Below, piece by piece: positions 34,730 to 44,071 of a stretch of 64,000 nt of DNA. Location: assembly GCA_041741375.1 (NCBI GenBank), contig JBGSKF010000095.1, positions 41 to 64,040 of the forward strand. The letters run 5' to 3'. The number at the start of each line of letters is the position of its first letter. Position 1 is the first letter of the stretch. The translations under genes and the position numbers were made by a program. Under the pieces are notes generated by a model. That model made no database searches, was not told the DNA's origin, and saw only the letters and a list, made by a program, of their open reading frames with translations. This DNA is from Gemmatimonadales bacterium (GTDB lineage Bacteria > Gemmatimonadota > Gemmatimonadetes > Gemmatimonadales > GWC2-71-9).

Positions 34730-35305
34730 TCAGTCGATCGGGGGGTCTCCCCAGATCCGCCGGAACAGCGCGGGCAGGTCAATCTCCAGCGGCGTGACTG
34801 CAGGCTCGGGACGCCAGACCAGGATGCCCTCAGCGATGACGGGCCGACTGGACCCGGGGGTCCAGACCTCCACCAGCCGGGCATCGAGGTCCACGACCCA
34901 GTACGTCGGGACGCCGGAGCGTTGATAGAGCCGTCTTTTGGTGACCCGGTCATACCGGGCCGTGGAGGGGGAGAGGACCTCGACCACCAGAAGGGGAATG
35001 TGCACATCCGACCATTCCCTGAGCGGAGTGCCCTCCCGTCGCGTCACCACGAACAGATCGGGTTGCACCAGGTGTCCAGCGTCCAGGTCAAGGTCCGCAG
35101 GGGAGAACAGCACCTCGCCCAGTCGATGTACCGCCAGCCATGACCCAATCAGCAGGTGGAACTGACCCACAACCCTCTGATGGGACCATCGTGGGGCCGG
35201 GCTCACCAGGAGCTCGCCGTCCACGAGTTCGTAGCGGTTTCCGTCGTCGGGGAGGGCGAGCACCTCCTCGCGGGTCCAGTGGCGGGCCACGGCAGGCATA
35301 CCCAT
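34730..35305 (-). CDS. Uma2-family endonuclease, tandem copy 3
   Basis: Same first 36 residues as copies 1-2, a divergent middle (RWSHQRVVGQFHLLIGSWLAVHRLGEVLFSP), and conserved LLVVEVLSPSTARYDRVTKRRLYQRSGVPTYWVVD. Confidence 0.85.
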   Translation of the reverse strand: MGMPAVARHWTREEVLALPDDGNRYELVDGELLVSPAPRWSHQRVVGQFHLLIGSWLAVHRLGEVLFSPADLDLDAGHLVQPDLFVVTRREGTPLREWSDVHIPLLVVEVLSPSTARYDRVTKRRLYQRSGVPTYWVVDLDARLVEVWTPGSSRPVIAEGILVWRPEPAVTPLEIDLPALFRRIWGDPPID

Positions 35306-35530
35306 ACGTTACGCTCGGCGAGTGAGAGGAGGCAAGGAGGCGGCATGTCCCCAACCTCGCCACCCTTCCCCAGGGCCCGATAACCCGGAAGATGCGGGCC
35401 GGATCAATCGATCGGGGTCCTGGGGTCAGTCCCACCCACCGGAGAGGGTGGCGCGCTCCCCCTGTCTCCCACATTCTTCTGTCCCGGACACCCATGTCCC
35501 GCTCACCAACCAGAGAACCCGGCAGCCCGC

Positions 35531-37615
35531 ATGGTCACATTTCCACCCCACCCCATCTACAGCGACACCGACGCCGAGGCCATGCTCTCCCGGTGGTCAC
35601 CCCGATGGGGCGAGGACCTGGTTCTACGGGTCTACACCTCACGACTCCTGGGTGGTGACCCTTCCCTGGTGCTCCATGGCGGCGGCAACACGTCCGTCAA
35701 GACCGTCGTGCGGGACCTGGCGGGGGAACCGGTCGACGTGTTGTACGTCAAGGGCAGCGGGTCGGACCTGTCGGCCATCGGCCCCGAGGGCTTTCCGGCC
35801 TGCCGTCTCGGTCCCCTCCTCCGGTATTGCCAGCTTTCCTCCCTGACCGACGAGGAGATGGTGGCGGGCCTGAGGAGCCAGATGCTCGACCCGGGAAGCC
35901 CGACCCCCAGTGTCGAGGCCCTGCTGCACGCGCTCCTCCCCGGCCGGTTCGTCGACCACACGCACGCGGATGCGGTCCTGGCGGTGCAGGATCAACCGAA
36001 CGCCCGGGACCTGGCGGAGGAGATCTGGGGGCCGTCCTTTCTCTTCATCCCCTACGTCATGCCCGGCTTCGTACTGGCGCGGCGCGTGGCGGACCTCGCC
36101 TCATCCTTCGACGGGATCCAGGGACTGATTCTGGAGCAACATGGGATCTTCACGTGGGGTAGCACCGCGCGCGAGAGCTACGAGCGGATGCTCGCGGGAG
36201 TCGTGGCCGCGGAGAAATGGCGCGCTGCTTCGCGTCCCCCCACGGTCATGCCGACCACCACCGCCCCCGATCCTGCGGCACGACACGCGACCCAACGGCA
36301 TCTTGCCCTCCTGGTCCGGGGAGTGCTGGCCGCCCATGCCCAGGGAAGGCATTTCATCACGTCATGGCGGGATGACCCTGCGATCCTGGCTCTGACCGGT
36401 CGACCGGATGGCCCGGACCTTACGGCGCGAGGCACCGTCACTCCGGACCATGTGATCCGCACCAAGCCTCGCCCCCTCTGGCTTCCTCCCCCCGAGGGCG
36501 GCACCGCATACCCTCGGAACCTCGTCGAGCAGGCCGTGGCCGGGTATGCCGATTGGTATGGGGAGTACTTTGCCCGCGGCGTGTCGCGGGCAGGACGCCC
36601 GCTCACGGCGCTCGATCCCCTTCCGCGAGTGATTCTGGTGCCCGGGCTCGGCGCCCTGACCGTCGGGCGCACGATCACCGATGCCGTGGTGGCCGGAGAC
36701 ATCGTCGCCCGCGCGGCCGCCGTGGTGCAGGAGGCCGAGACCGTCGGGCGCTATCGCCCGGTGAGTGAGGCCGACCTCTTCGACGTGGAATACTGGAGTC
36801 TGGAACAGGCCAAGCTGGCCCGGGGAGGACGCGAGGGACCGTTGGCGGGACGCATCGCCCTGGTGACGGGTGCCGCCGGCGGAATCGGACGTGCGACCGC
36901 TCTGCACCTCCTCGACCTCGGGGCCCACGTGCTGCTGACCGACAGGGACCCGGCCCCGCTGTCGGACACGGCGGACGCGCTCCGAGGCCGGCATGGTCGC
37001 CGAGTGTCCACAGCACCGTGCGACGTCACCGATACCGGCTCCGTGTCCCGTGCCGTGGAGATCGCGATCGAGACCTTCGGCGGAGTGGACCTCCTCGTCT
37101 CCAATGCGGGGACTGCTCCCTCCGGGTTGCTCCACACGCCACCGGGGGAGACGGCGCTCGAACACTCGCTGGACATCAATCTCCTGGGCCACCAACGGGT
37201 GGCGCATGCCGTGGCTCGTGTGCTGCTCGCCCAGGGGTGCGGAGGCTGCCTCCTCTTCAACGCGTCGAAGAGTGCCGTCAACCCTGGTCCCGAGTTCGGG
37301 CCCTATGCGATTCCGAAGGCGGGAGTGCTGGCCCTCATGCGGCAATATGCGGTTGATCTGGGGTCCCATGGAATCCGATCCAACGCCGTCAACGCCGATC
37401 GGATCCGGACCGGTCTCTTTGGAGACGGGGTGCTCGAGGCGCGGGCCCGGGCTCGGGGCGTGTCCCCCGAGGACTACTTCCAGCAGAATCTCCTCCGCCG
37501 CGAGACCACCGCGCGCGATGTGGCCGAGGCGTTTGGATGGCTTGCCACGGCGGAGGCCACGACGGGGTGTTTTGTGACGGTGGACGGGGGCAACGCGGCG
37601 GCCTTTCCGCGGTGA
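35531..37615 (+). CDS. Bifunctional class II aldolase / short-chain dehydrogenase (rhamnulose-1-phosphate aldolase/SDR-like)
   Basis: N-terminal HGGGNTSVK...VKGSGSDL (aldolase-type). C-terminal TGAAGGIGRATA (Rossmann), NASKSA...YAIPKA (SDR S...YxxxK). 694 aa. Confidence 0.88.
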   Translation: MVTFPPHPIYSDTDAEAMLSRWSPRWGEDLVLRVYTSRLLGGDPSLVLHGGGNTSVKTVVRDLAGEPVDVLYVKGSGSDLSAIGPEGFPACRLGPLLRYCQLSSLTDEEMVAGLRSQMLDPGSPTPSVEALLHALLPGRFVDHTHADAVLAVQDQPNARDLAEEIWGPSFLFIPYVMPGFVLARRVADLASSFDGIQGLILEQHGIFTWGSTARESYERMLAGVVAAEKWRAASRPPTVMPTTTAPDPAARHATQRHLALLVRGVLAAHAQGRHFITSWRDDPAILALTGRPDGPDLTARGTVTPDHVIRTKPRPLWLPPPEGGTAYPRNLVEQAVAGYADWYGEYFARGVSRAGRPLTALDPLPRVILVPGLGALTVGRTITDAVVAGDIVARAAAVVQEAETVGRYRPVSEADLFDVEYWSLEQAKLARGGREGPLAGRIALVTGAAGGIGRATALHLLDLGAHVLLTDRDPAPLSDTADALRGRHGRRVSTAPCDVTDTGSVSRAVEIAIETFGGVDLLVSNAGTAPSGLLHTPPGETALEHSLDINLLGHQRVAHAVARVLLAQGCGGCLLFNASKSAVNPGPEFGPYAIPKAGVLALMRQYAVDLGSHGIRSNAVNADRIRTGLFGDGVLEARARARGVSPEDYFQQNLLRRETTARDVAEAFGWLATAEATTGCFVTVDGGNAAAFPR

Positions 37616-37642
37616 CCTTGGCGATTCGTGTCCGGCGCGGCC

Positions 37643-38368
37643 TCATTGCCACCGGAGTCCATAGATCGTGAAGCCCGGCACCAGCACCACGCGGCGCGGA
37701 AAGGAAGCGAACCCCGGGCGCACCAGAAACACGCCGAGTTCCGGAGCCACGCCTCGGTCCATGCCCCCCAGGCGCACCCCCAGAAACGCGCCGACCGCCT
37801 GCATCGTGCGGGCCTCTCGCGTCACCCCCGAAAGCACCTGCTGCAGGCCCAAGGGTCTGTCGCCCGCACCGGTGAGCAGAGCCCGCGCTCCCCCATAGGG
37901 GGTCACCCGTCCCGTTTCAGACCCCGACACCGTGACGGTGGCCCCGGCGTGAGGCTTTCCCTCGAACGTGAGACCCACGGCTCCCTCCACGGCCGCGGCA
38001 AGGCCCTGGATGCCTTCCCCGATCACCTGCCGGCGCAGCGAGACGATCAGGGCGGACGGAAGGCGAACCCCGACGTCGGTCCGGGCATCGATCGGCCAAC
38101 GCACGGCCGCATCCGGCCATGGGAGGGGGATCGCGATGCTGTCCCTCAGGAAGGCTCCCGGCCATACGGTGGAGATGGTGATGCTGCGTTGGATTGTCCC
38201 TTGTGGAACTGGCCGTGCCGTGAGGCCCGAGGTGTAGGGCATGCACCCCGTACCCGCCAGCAGACAGAGAAGCCACCAGGCCCGTGTCCCTCGACCGGAC
38301 AGGTGGATTGAGCGCCATCGGATCCGGGCTCCCCGCCGTGTTCCCGGCTTCCTGGCAATGGACTCCAT
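37643..38368 (-). CDS. Hypothetical lipoprotein (beta-rich)
   Basis: Lipobox in WWLLCLLAGTGC. Coding-like GC3. The opposite-strand ORF is an R/P/G-rich artefact. No recognisable family. Confidence 0.55.
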   Translation of the reverse strand: MESIARKPGTRRGARIRWRSIHLSGRGTRAWWLLCLLAGTGCMPYTSGLTARPVPQGTIQRSITISTVWPGAFLRDSIAIPLPWPDAAVRWPIDARTDVGVRLPSALIVSLRRQVIGEGIQGLAAAVEGAVGLTFEGKPHAGATVTVSGSETGRVTPYGGARALLTGAGDRPLGLQQVLSGVTREARTMQAVGAFLGVRLGGMDRGVAPELGVFLVRPGFASFPRRVVLVPGFTIYGLRWQ

Positions 38369-38444
38369 GCCCCAAGCTGGGGGTCATCCCCTCCCCGGTC
38401 GGTGACGCACGTCACGTACCGCGAGGAGTGCCCCTGCCAGTGGC

Positions 38445-39764
38445 TCAGTCTTCGGTCGGGCGCCGACGGAGACGGTAGATCACCGCACCGATCACCAGCG
38501 CGATCCCTCCCGCCACCAGGTTGTCCCCGGTGGTGCTCAACAGAAAGGTGAGACTGACCAGGAGGGCGGCCACCGGGATGGTGGGGCCGCCGGGAAGTCG
38601 CAGAGCCCCCGGGCGGTGCCCGAATCGCTTCCGCAGGACCGGCACCGCCGCGGCGGTCCCGATATAGGTGGTGAGCCGGGCGATGATGGAGAGCATGGCG
38701 AGTTGAACGAAGGAGCCGGACAGGGCCAGGGCCAGGGCGATTCCGGTCTGGGCAATGATGGCGTTGGCCGGCGTGCGATAGCGCGGATGCACGGAGGCGA
38801 AGAGCCGGGGCCCATATCCGTCGGTGGCCAGAGCGAAGAGATACCGCGGACCGATCAGGATGGTGTTGCTGATGTTGCCCAGGATGGAGATCACCGCCCC
38901 CACCGTGAGGAAGAGCGCGGCCCAGCTCCCGGCAAACTGCCCTGCCGACTCGGCGAGGGGCGAGGGGGACTCCGCCAGACCCGGCAACGTGCCGAGCGCC
39001 ACCACCTGCACCAGGGTGTAGAGCACCGTGATGATGACAATCATCGTGAGCATGGCGAACGGCACGTCCCGCCGGGGGTTCCGGTATTCACCCGCCGCTG
39101 CGGGGGCGTTCTCGAAGCCGGCATAGGCGAAGAGCAGGAGGAGTGCTGCCTCGCCAAGGACTCCGGGCCGGGGAGCCTCCACAGCCGTGACCAGCGACCA
39201 ATCGACGAAGAAGAGCCCCACCACGACGAAGAACACCAGGGGGACCATCTTGATGACCACCAGGGCCACCGCGGTGCGAGCCCCGGAGCGGACCCCCACC
39301 ACGTTGATCCACGCCAGCAGCGCCAGCGACCCTGTGATCAGGACGACCCGGAGGATCCCCTCATCCGCGGCGGGCCAGAGAAAGGCGAGCGCCAGTGAGA
39401 ATCCGTTGGCCAGGGACGCCACCGATGCGATGCGCGCCAGCCAGGTCATCCACCCGACTTCGAATCCGACGAACGCCCCGAACGCCTCGCGGGTGTAGAG
39501 GTACGCCCCCCCCGGCTGGTCGAAGTGGCTGGCAACCTCGGCGAAACAGAGCACCAGAAGCGCCACAGCGAGGCCGGCCAGGATGACCGCCCAGGTGCTC
39601 GCGGCGCCCAGAAGCAACGCGGCGGCGGCGGGCAGGAGATAGACGCCGCTCCCGATCACGTCGTTGATCGAGAGCCCCACGAGCTGCCGTCGGGACACGG
39701 CCCTGATCAATTGGGGTGGCGATGCCCCCGGATCTGCATTCGTCTGGTCCATTCCCGGATTCAC
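38445..39764 (-). CDS. APC-superfamily amino acid permease
   Basis: 12 hydrophobic segments. N-terminal LVGLSINDVIGSGVYLLPAAAA (the G-S-G motif of APC TM1). Confidence 0.85.
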   Translation of the reverse strand: MNPGMDQTNADPGASPPQLIRAVSRRQLVGLSINDVIGSGVYLLPAAAALLLGAASTWAVILAGLAVALLVLCFAEVASHFDQPGGAYLYTREAFGAFVGFEVGWMTWLARIASVASLANGFSLALAFLWPAADEGILRVVLITGSLALLAWINVVGVRSGARTAVALVVIKMVPLVFFVVVGLFFVDWSLVTAVEAPRPGVLGEAALLLLFAYAGFENAPAAAGEYRNPRRDVPFAMLTMIVIITVLYTLVQVVALGTLPGLAESPSPLAESAGQFAGSWAALFLTVGAVISILGNISNTILIGPRYLFALATDGYGPRLFASVHPRYRTPANAIIAQTGIALALALSGSFVQLAMLSIIARLTTYIGTAAAVPVLRKRFGHRPGALRLPGGPTIPVAALLVSLTFLLSTTGDNLVAGGIALVIGAVIYRLRRRPTED

Positions 39765-39868
39765 GATTCGACCTCACAGGCGCGGGGGAAGCACGGGGGG
39801 CACACAGGGAGGGCCCCGGAAGGGAGATGAGCCACGGCGCCCACCTGCCAAGTGGACAAGGGGTCCGG

Positions 39869-40354
39869 CTATTCGGCCCAGACGGCGCGGAAGTACCGGG
39901 GCAGGTCGATCACCAGGGGTGGTATCCCGATATCGGACTGCCAGAGAAGCCTGTGTTTCGTGGTCACAGGAGCGCGGTCCCCCGGACTCCAGACCTCGAC
40001 GCTTCTCAGGTCCAGGTCGATGATCCAGTACACCGGCACCCCTGCGCGCTGGTAGTACTGGCGTTTCGTCACCCGGTCATGATGCGCCGTGGAGGGGGAG
40101 AGGGAAAGATCGGGCTGCAGGAGTTGCCCGGACCGGAAATCGAGGTCAGCCGGGGAAAAACACACGCGGCCCATCCTGTGCGCACGTACATAGGGATCCA
40201 CGAGTCTGAAGAGTTCCGCAACCCCCGCCTGATGCGCACCCCGGGGGCTGGGACTCACCAGGAGTTTCCCGTCCACCAGTTCATAACGATTTCCATCCTC
40301 GGGAAGCGCGAGGACGGAATCACGGGTCCAGAATCCAGCCGCGGGCATGCCCAT
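39869..40354 (-). CDS. Uma2-family endonuclease paralog lacking the catalytic-core segment (probably inactive)
   Basis: MGMPAAGFWTRDSVLALPEDGNRYELVDGKLLVSPSP...LQPDLSLSPSTAHHDRVTK. About 26 residues (FVGR...PLLVAEV) present in copies 1-3 are absent. Confidence 0.7.
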   Translation of the reverse strand: MGMPAAGFWTRDSVLALPEDGNRYELVDGKLLVSPSPRGAHQAGVAELFRLVDPYVRAHRMGRVCFSPADLDFRSGQLLQPDLSLSPSTAHHDRVTKRQYYQRAGVPVYWIIDLDLRSVEVWSPGDRAPVTTKHRLLWQSDIGIPPLVIDLPRYFRAVWAE

Positions 40355-40465
40355 ACGCTACGCTCGGCAAACGGGGAAAGGCAAGGGGTCCCTTCACGAG
40401 ACGCTCACGTTCTCCTCATCAACGGGGGCCTATTCTACGGATTCCCCTACCCCCGGAGAAGAGGA

Positions 40466-41854
40466 ATGTCCCGCCGAAGCTGGGCTGAACCGTGGAAGAT
40501 CAAGATGGTGGAACCGATCCGACTCACGTCGCGGGAGGAACGGGAGCGAGCCATCGCGGAGGCGGGGTACAACACCTTTCTCCTCCGCTCCGAGGACGTC
40601 TACATCGACCTCCTGACCGACTCCGGCACAAGTGCCATGTCGGACCGCCAGTGGGCCGGGATGATGTTGGGGGACGAGGCCTACGCCGGGTCTCGCAACT
40701 ACTACCGGCTGGAAGAGGCGGTGCGCCGTCATTACGGATTCGAGCACCTGATCCCGACCCACCAGGGTCGCGGGGCTGAGCACCTTCTGTCCCGCATTCT
40801 GATCCATCCCGGGGACCACATCCCGGGGAACATGTATTTCACCACGACCCGGCTGCACCAGGAACTGGCAGGGGGAAGCTTCCACGACGTGATCATCGAC
40901 GAAGCGCACGACCCCCGGTCCGAGCACCCGTTCAAGGGCAACATCGACCTGGCAAAACTCGACCGGCTGGTGGCGACGGTCGGGGCCGATCGGATCCCCT
41001 ACGTATGCGTGGCAGCCACCGTCAACCTGGCAGGCGGACAGCCGATCAGCCTGGCCAATCTCCGGGAGGTTCGCGCCTGGGCCGCGGCACACGGCATCCG
41101 CATCATCCTCGACGCGACGCGGGCGGTGGAGAACGCGTGGTTTATCCAGCAGCGCGAGCCGGGGCAGTCGGGCCGCCTGGTTGCCGACATTCTGCTCGAT
41201 CTCTGCGCCTTGTCCGACGGGGCGACGATGTCGGGGAAGAAGGACAGTCTGGTGAACATCGGGGGATGGCTGGGGCTCCGGGATCCCGACCTGGCGGAAG
41301 AAGCGCGGAATCTGGTGGTGGTCTACGAGGGGCTCCACACCTATGGCGGACTGGCGGGACGGGACCTGGAGGCGATGGCGATCGGCATCGAGGAGTCGGT
41401 GCAGGAGGATCACATCCGGACCCGGATCGGACAGGTGCTCTATCTGGGGGAGAATCTGCGCGCAGCCGGCGTCCCCATCGTCCTTCCGATCGGGGGCCAC
41501 GCCGTGTTCCTCGACGCCGCGGCGATTCTGGACCATCTCCCCCGCGACCAGTTCCCGGCCCAGGCCCTCGCGGCGGCGCTCTATCTCGAATCGGGAATCC
41601 GGGCGATGGAACGGGGAGCAGTGTCGGCGGGACGGGATCCCGTCACCGGCGAGAACCGGTTCCCTCGACTGGAACTGGTCCGGCTCACGATTCCCCGGCG
41701 GGTATACACCCAGGCGCACATGGATGTGACCGCCGAGGCGGTGGAGGCGGTGATGGCGAAGCGGGGAGAGGTCCCGGGGCTTCGGTTCGTGTCGGAACCC
41801 AAGTATCTCCGGTTCTTCCAGGCCCGATTCGAGCCCCTCATCATGAACCACTGA
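40466..41854 (+). CDS. tpl: Beta-eliminating lyase, tyrosine phenol-lyase-like (TPL/tryptophanase family)
   Basis: ATG 40466 after GGAGAAGAGGA. AGYNTFLLRSEDVYIDLLTDSGTSAMSDRQWAGMMLGDEAYAGS, THQGRGAE, GNMYFTTTR, TVNLAGGQP, MSGKKD (PLP lysine), VVVYEGLHTYGGLAGRD. As I recall them, the motif variants are those of TPL rather than E. coli TnaA. Confidence 0.88.
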   Translation: MSRRSWAEPWKIKMVEPIRLTSREERERAIAEAGYNTFLLRSEDVYIDLLTDSGTSAMSDRQWAGMMLGDEAYAGSRNYYRLEEAVRRHYGFEHLIPTHQGRGAEHLLSRILIHPGDHIPGNMYFTTTRLHQELAGGSFHDVIIDEAHDPRSEHPFKGNIDLAKLDRLVATVGADRIPYVCVAATVNLAGGQPISLANLREVRAWAAAHGIRIILDATRAVENAWFIQQREPGQSGRLVADILLDLCALSDGATMSGKKDSLVNIGGWLGLRDPDLAEEARNLVVVYEGLHTYGGLAGRDLEAMAIGIEESVQEDHIRTRIGQVLYLGENLRAAGVPIVLPIGGHAVFLDAAAILDHLPRDQFPAQALAAALYLESGIRAMERGAVSAGRDPVTGENRFPRLELVRLTIPRRVYTQAHMDVTAEAVEAVMAKRGEVPGLRFVSEPKYLRFFQARFEPLIMNH

Positions 41855-41941
41855 GACCTTTCTTGCTTCACCCGACCCAAGTCGCGACATTGAATGTCAT
41901 CCAGCCGACATCTCGGGTGAGTCCTGCTCCGGAGGGTCCTC

Positions 41942-43945
41942 GTGGTTCGCGTCCTGGAAGTCCTGTCGAGCCTGGTGTACCTCCTGATTTTCCTCACGCT
42001 GGGCGTTCGAGCACAGACCCTCGGAGGCCTTGACATTCCTCGCCTGGGAGTCGTCCCTCCCCTGGTCGTCATCCCGGCGCTCACGATTCTGGCCCTCACG
42101 GTCGTGGGGGTCACGTGGCTCCGAGTCAAGCAACGTGCCCCCGGGGGACTCTTCACCACGCTCCTCGTTCTTCCCCTCCTGACGGGGGTCTTCGCGGGCG
42201 GGTGGGCAAATGGCCGGAGCGTCCTGCGAAACTTGAAAATGGAGGACGGTGACGAGGAGTTCTGGTTCACCCGCGCCATGTCCGAACAGGAAGCCCACGC
42301 GTTCGCCCTGAGACTCCTTGCCACGGCCCTCTCGGACCGGACGCAGAGTGGACACGTGCCGGTGTCCAGGGCAACCAGCTTGCAGGTCCCCGAAGACTGG
42401 CCCTTGCCGGAGGGATTCGGGTTTGCCCTCGTGCCCGAAGAGAAGGGAGCCCTTGCGCTCTGGTCACGGCACAACGAGCAGACCTGCCGGATCCTCCTCA
42501 CCCCGGACTGGCGGACGGCGGATCCTGATCGCGGATTCACCTGCGACCCTGCGGGCCCCGTCCCCACCTCCTGGGAACCCGTCGACCGCCGACCGGCCGT
42601 GGCGCCACTGATACCAGCACCCGTCGATTCCCCGTTCACCCCCTGGCCGCAGTATCGCCTCGATCCGTTGCGAACCGCCACAGTCAGGGACACCGCCGTC
42701 GACTCCACGGCGCCATTCTGGTACGCGACCATCGGCGGTCCCTCACGGGCATCAGTCAGTGTGTCGGGCCCCCTCGTCCTCATCGGCACCCATGGCACCG
42801 CAATGCTGGAGGCTCGCGACCGGCGGACCGGGCGCCTGGTGTGGCGGACCCGGGAGCCCAACTGGATTCACCAGGACGCCGTCACCGATGGTCGTCTGGT
42901 CTTCGTTGGGTTTGGAGACAACGACAAATCGTTCCAGGGAGTGGCCCCATCCGGAGTGGCCGCGCACGACCTCCGGACCGGGCAACGGATCTGGACCCGA
43001 TTCCTCGACAACTCCACCATGACCTCCCCCGTGGTGCTCGACTCCCTGGTGGTGTTCGGAACCTCCAAGGGCGACCTCACCGGCGCGGACAAGAACACCG
43101 GAGAGACTCGGTGGGAGCGGCATCTCCCGGGCAATCTCGTCATGGGTCCCCCGCTCCTCTCGGGCAACACCGTGATCGTCCCTCTTGATCCACGCGGCAT
43201 GTGTGCCCTGGATGGAAGAGACGGCACAGTGCACTGGTGCACCCGGCTCCCACCTCACGCCGGAGGCGTCGGGCACATCTCGCCCACGCTCCTCGGTGGC
43301 CAGGTGTACGGAAGCCTCAATTCATTCCCGCCGAGTCCGCTGGGGCTGGTGCAGGACTTCGGGATCGAGGCCCTGCCCCTGCTCTGGACCTGGGCCACCA
43401 CCGGGGAGAATCCGATCCCGGTGCACCAGAAGGTGTTCGCGATTTCCCTGGCCACCGGCTCGCTGCGCTGGGAATCAGATCTCGACGGGGGTGACTGTTG
43501 CGGGAGCCCGGGCCAGCAGGGCCACATGTCGGGAACTCCGGTCATCGTGCCGGAGGACAGCTCCCTCGTTGTGGTTTCGCCCTTCTCCGACCGAGTCTAC
43601 CGGTTGGACGAGGAGACCGGCGCCATCCTGGCCCGGAGCGGCCCGATCCCCGTTTTCCCGCGTGGCCCCGCCCTCGTGGTGGACACGACCGTCATCGCGG
43701 TCGATCGTCACGGGGTCATACATGTGCTGTCCGTGGACGACCTGCGGGAACGCTGCTCCCTCCCGACCGGAGAGCCCGCGGATCGCGCGGGACCTGCGCT
43801 CGCGGGTGGAGCGCTGCTTCACGCCGGCCGGGAGGGGGGGCTCTATTCCATTCCCGTGAGCGAGGTGCTGCGCTGCAATCCGACGCTTGCTGGTGGGATC
43901 ACGGAAAGGAAGCGTGGCGGGGGCGTTCCCTCGCCTCCCCGTTGA
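41942..43945 (+). CDS. Membrane-anchored PQQ-like (BamB-type) beta-propeller protein, uncharacterised family, paralog 1
   Basis: GTG start after GGAGGG. Three N-terminal hydrophobic helices. Repeats ARDRRTGRLVW, AHDLRTGQRIW, GADKNTGETRW, ALDGRDGTVHW, AISLATGSLRW. Vicinal Cys-Cys at 43496-43501. Confidence 0.75.
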   Translation: MVRVLEVLSSLVYLLIFLTLGVRAQTLGGLDIPRLGVVPPLVVIPALTILALTVVGVTWLRVKQRAPGGLFTTLLVLPLLTGVFAGGWANGRSVLRNLKMEDGDEEFWFTRAMSEQEAHAFALRLLATALSDRTQSGHVPVSRATSLQVPEDWPLPEGFGFALVPEEKGALALWSRHNEQTCRILLTPDWRTADPDRGFTCDPAGPVPTSWEPVDRRPAVAPLIPAPVDSPFTPWPQYRLDPLRTATVRDTAVDSTAPFWYATIGGPSRASVSVSGPLVLIGTHGTAMLEARDRRTGRLVWRTREPNWIHQDAVTDGRLVFVGFGDNDKSFQGVAPSGVAAHDLRTGQRIWTRFLDNSTMTSPVVLDSLVVFGTSKGDLTGADKNTGETRWERHLPGNLVMGPPLLSGNTVIVPLDPRGMCALDGRDGTVHWCTRLPPHAGGVGHISPTLLGGQVYGSLNSFPPSPLGLVQDFGIEALPLLWTWATTGENPIPVHQKVFAISLATGSLRWESDLDGGDCCGSPGQQGHMSGTPVIVPEDSSLVVVSPFSDRVYRLDEETGAILARSGPIPVFPRGPALVVDTTVIAVDRHGVIHVLSVDDLRERCSLPTGEPADRAGPALAGGALLHAGREGGLYSIPVSEVLRCNPTLAGGITERKRGGGVPSPPR

Positions 43946-44071
43946 CATCGGGTGGGGATCCATTGGTAGCCGCCCGTCGCGCACGTCAAAACGCTACTGG
44001 CCCTTCTGCCCGATCGGTTCGATATTGGCCCTTCGGTGCTTGACCCGATCCGACTGTTCCGGGAAAGCCAT

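Larger units (their letters stand above)
33395..35425 (-). repeat. Tandem array of about 662-674-bp units (gene + spacer) x3 plus a ~20-nt stub of a fourth unit
   Basis: Unit stops at 33395, 34057, 34730. A fourth TCAATCGATCGGGG stub sits at 35404. Spacers share CCCATACGTTACGCTCGGCGA..GGAGGCAAGG.GGCGGCATG...GATGCGGGCCGGATCA. Confidence 0.85.

Noticed and set aside
39716-40465. N-terminal 250 codons of the 712-aa ORF that contains the lyase
   Set aside because: This part is antisense to the Uma2 paralog and has an R/G/P-rich composition. The lyase homology and a good SD begin at ATG 40466.
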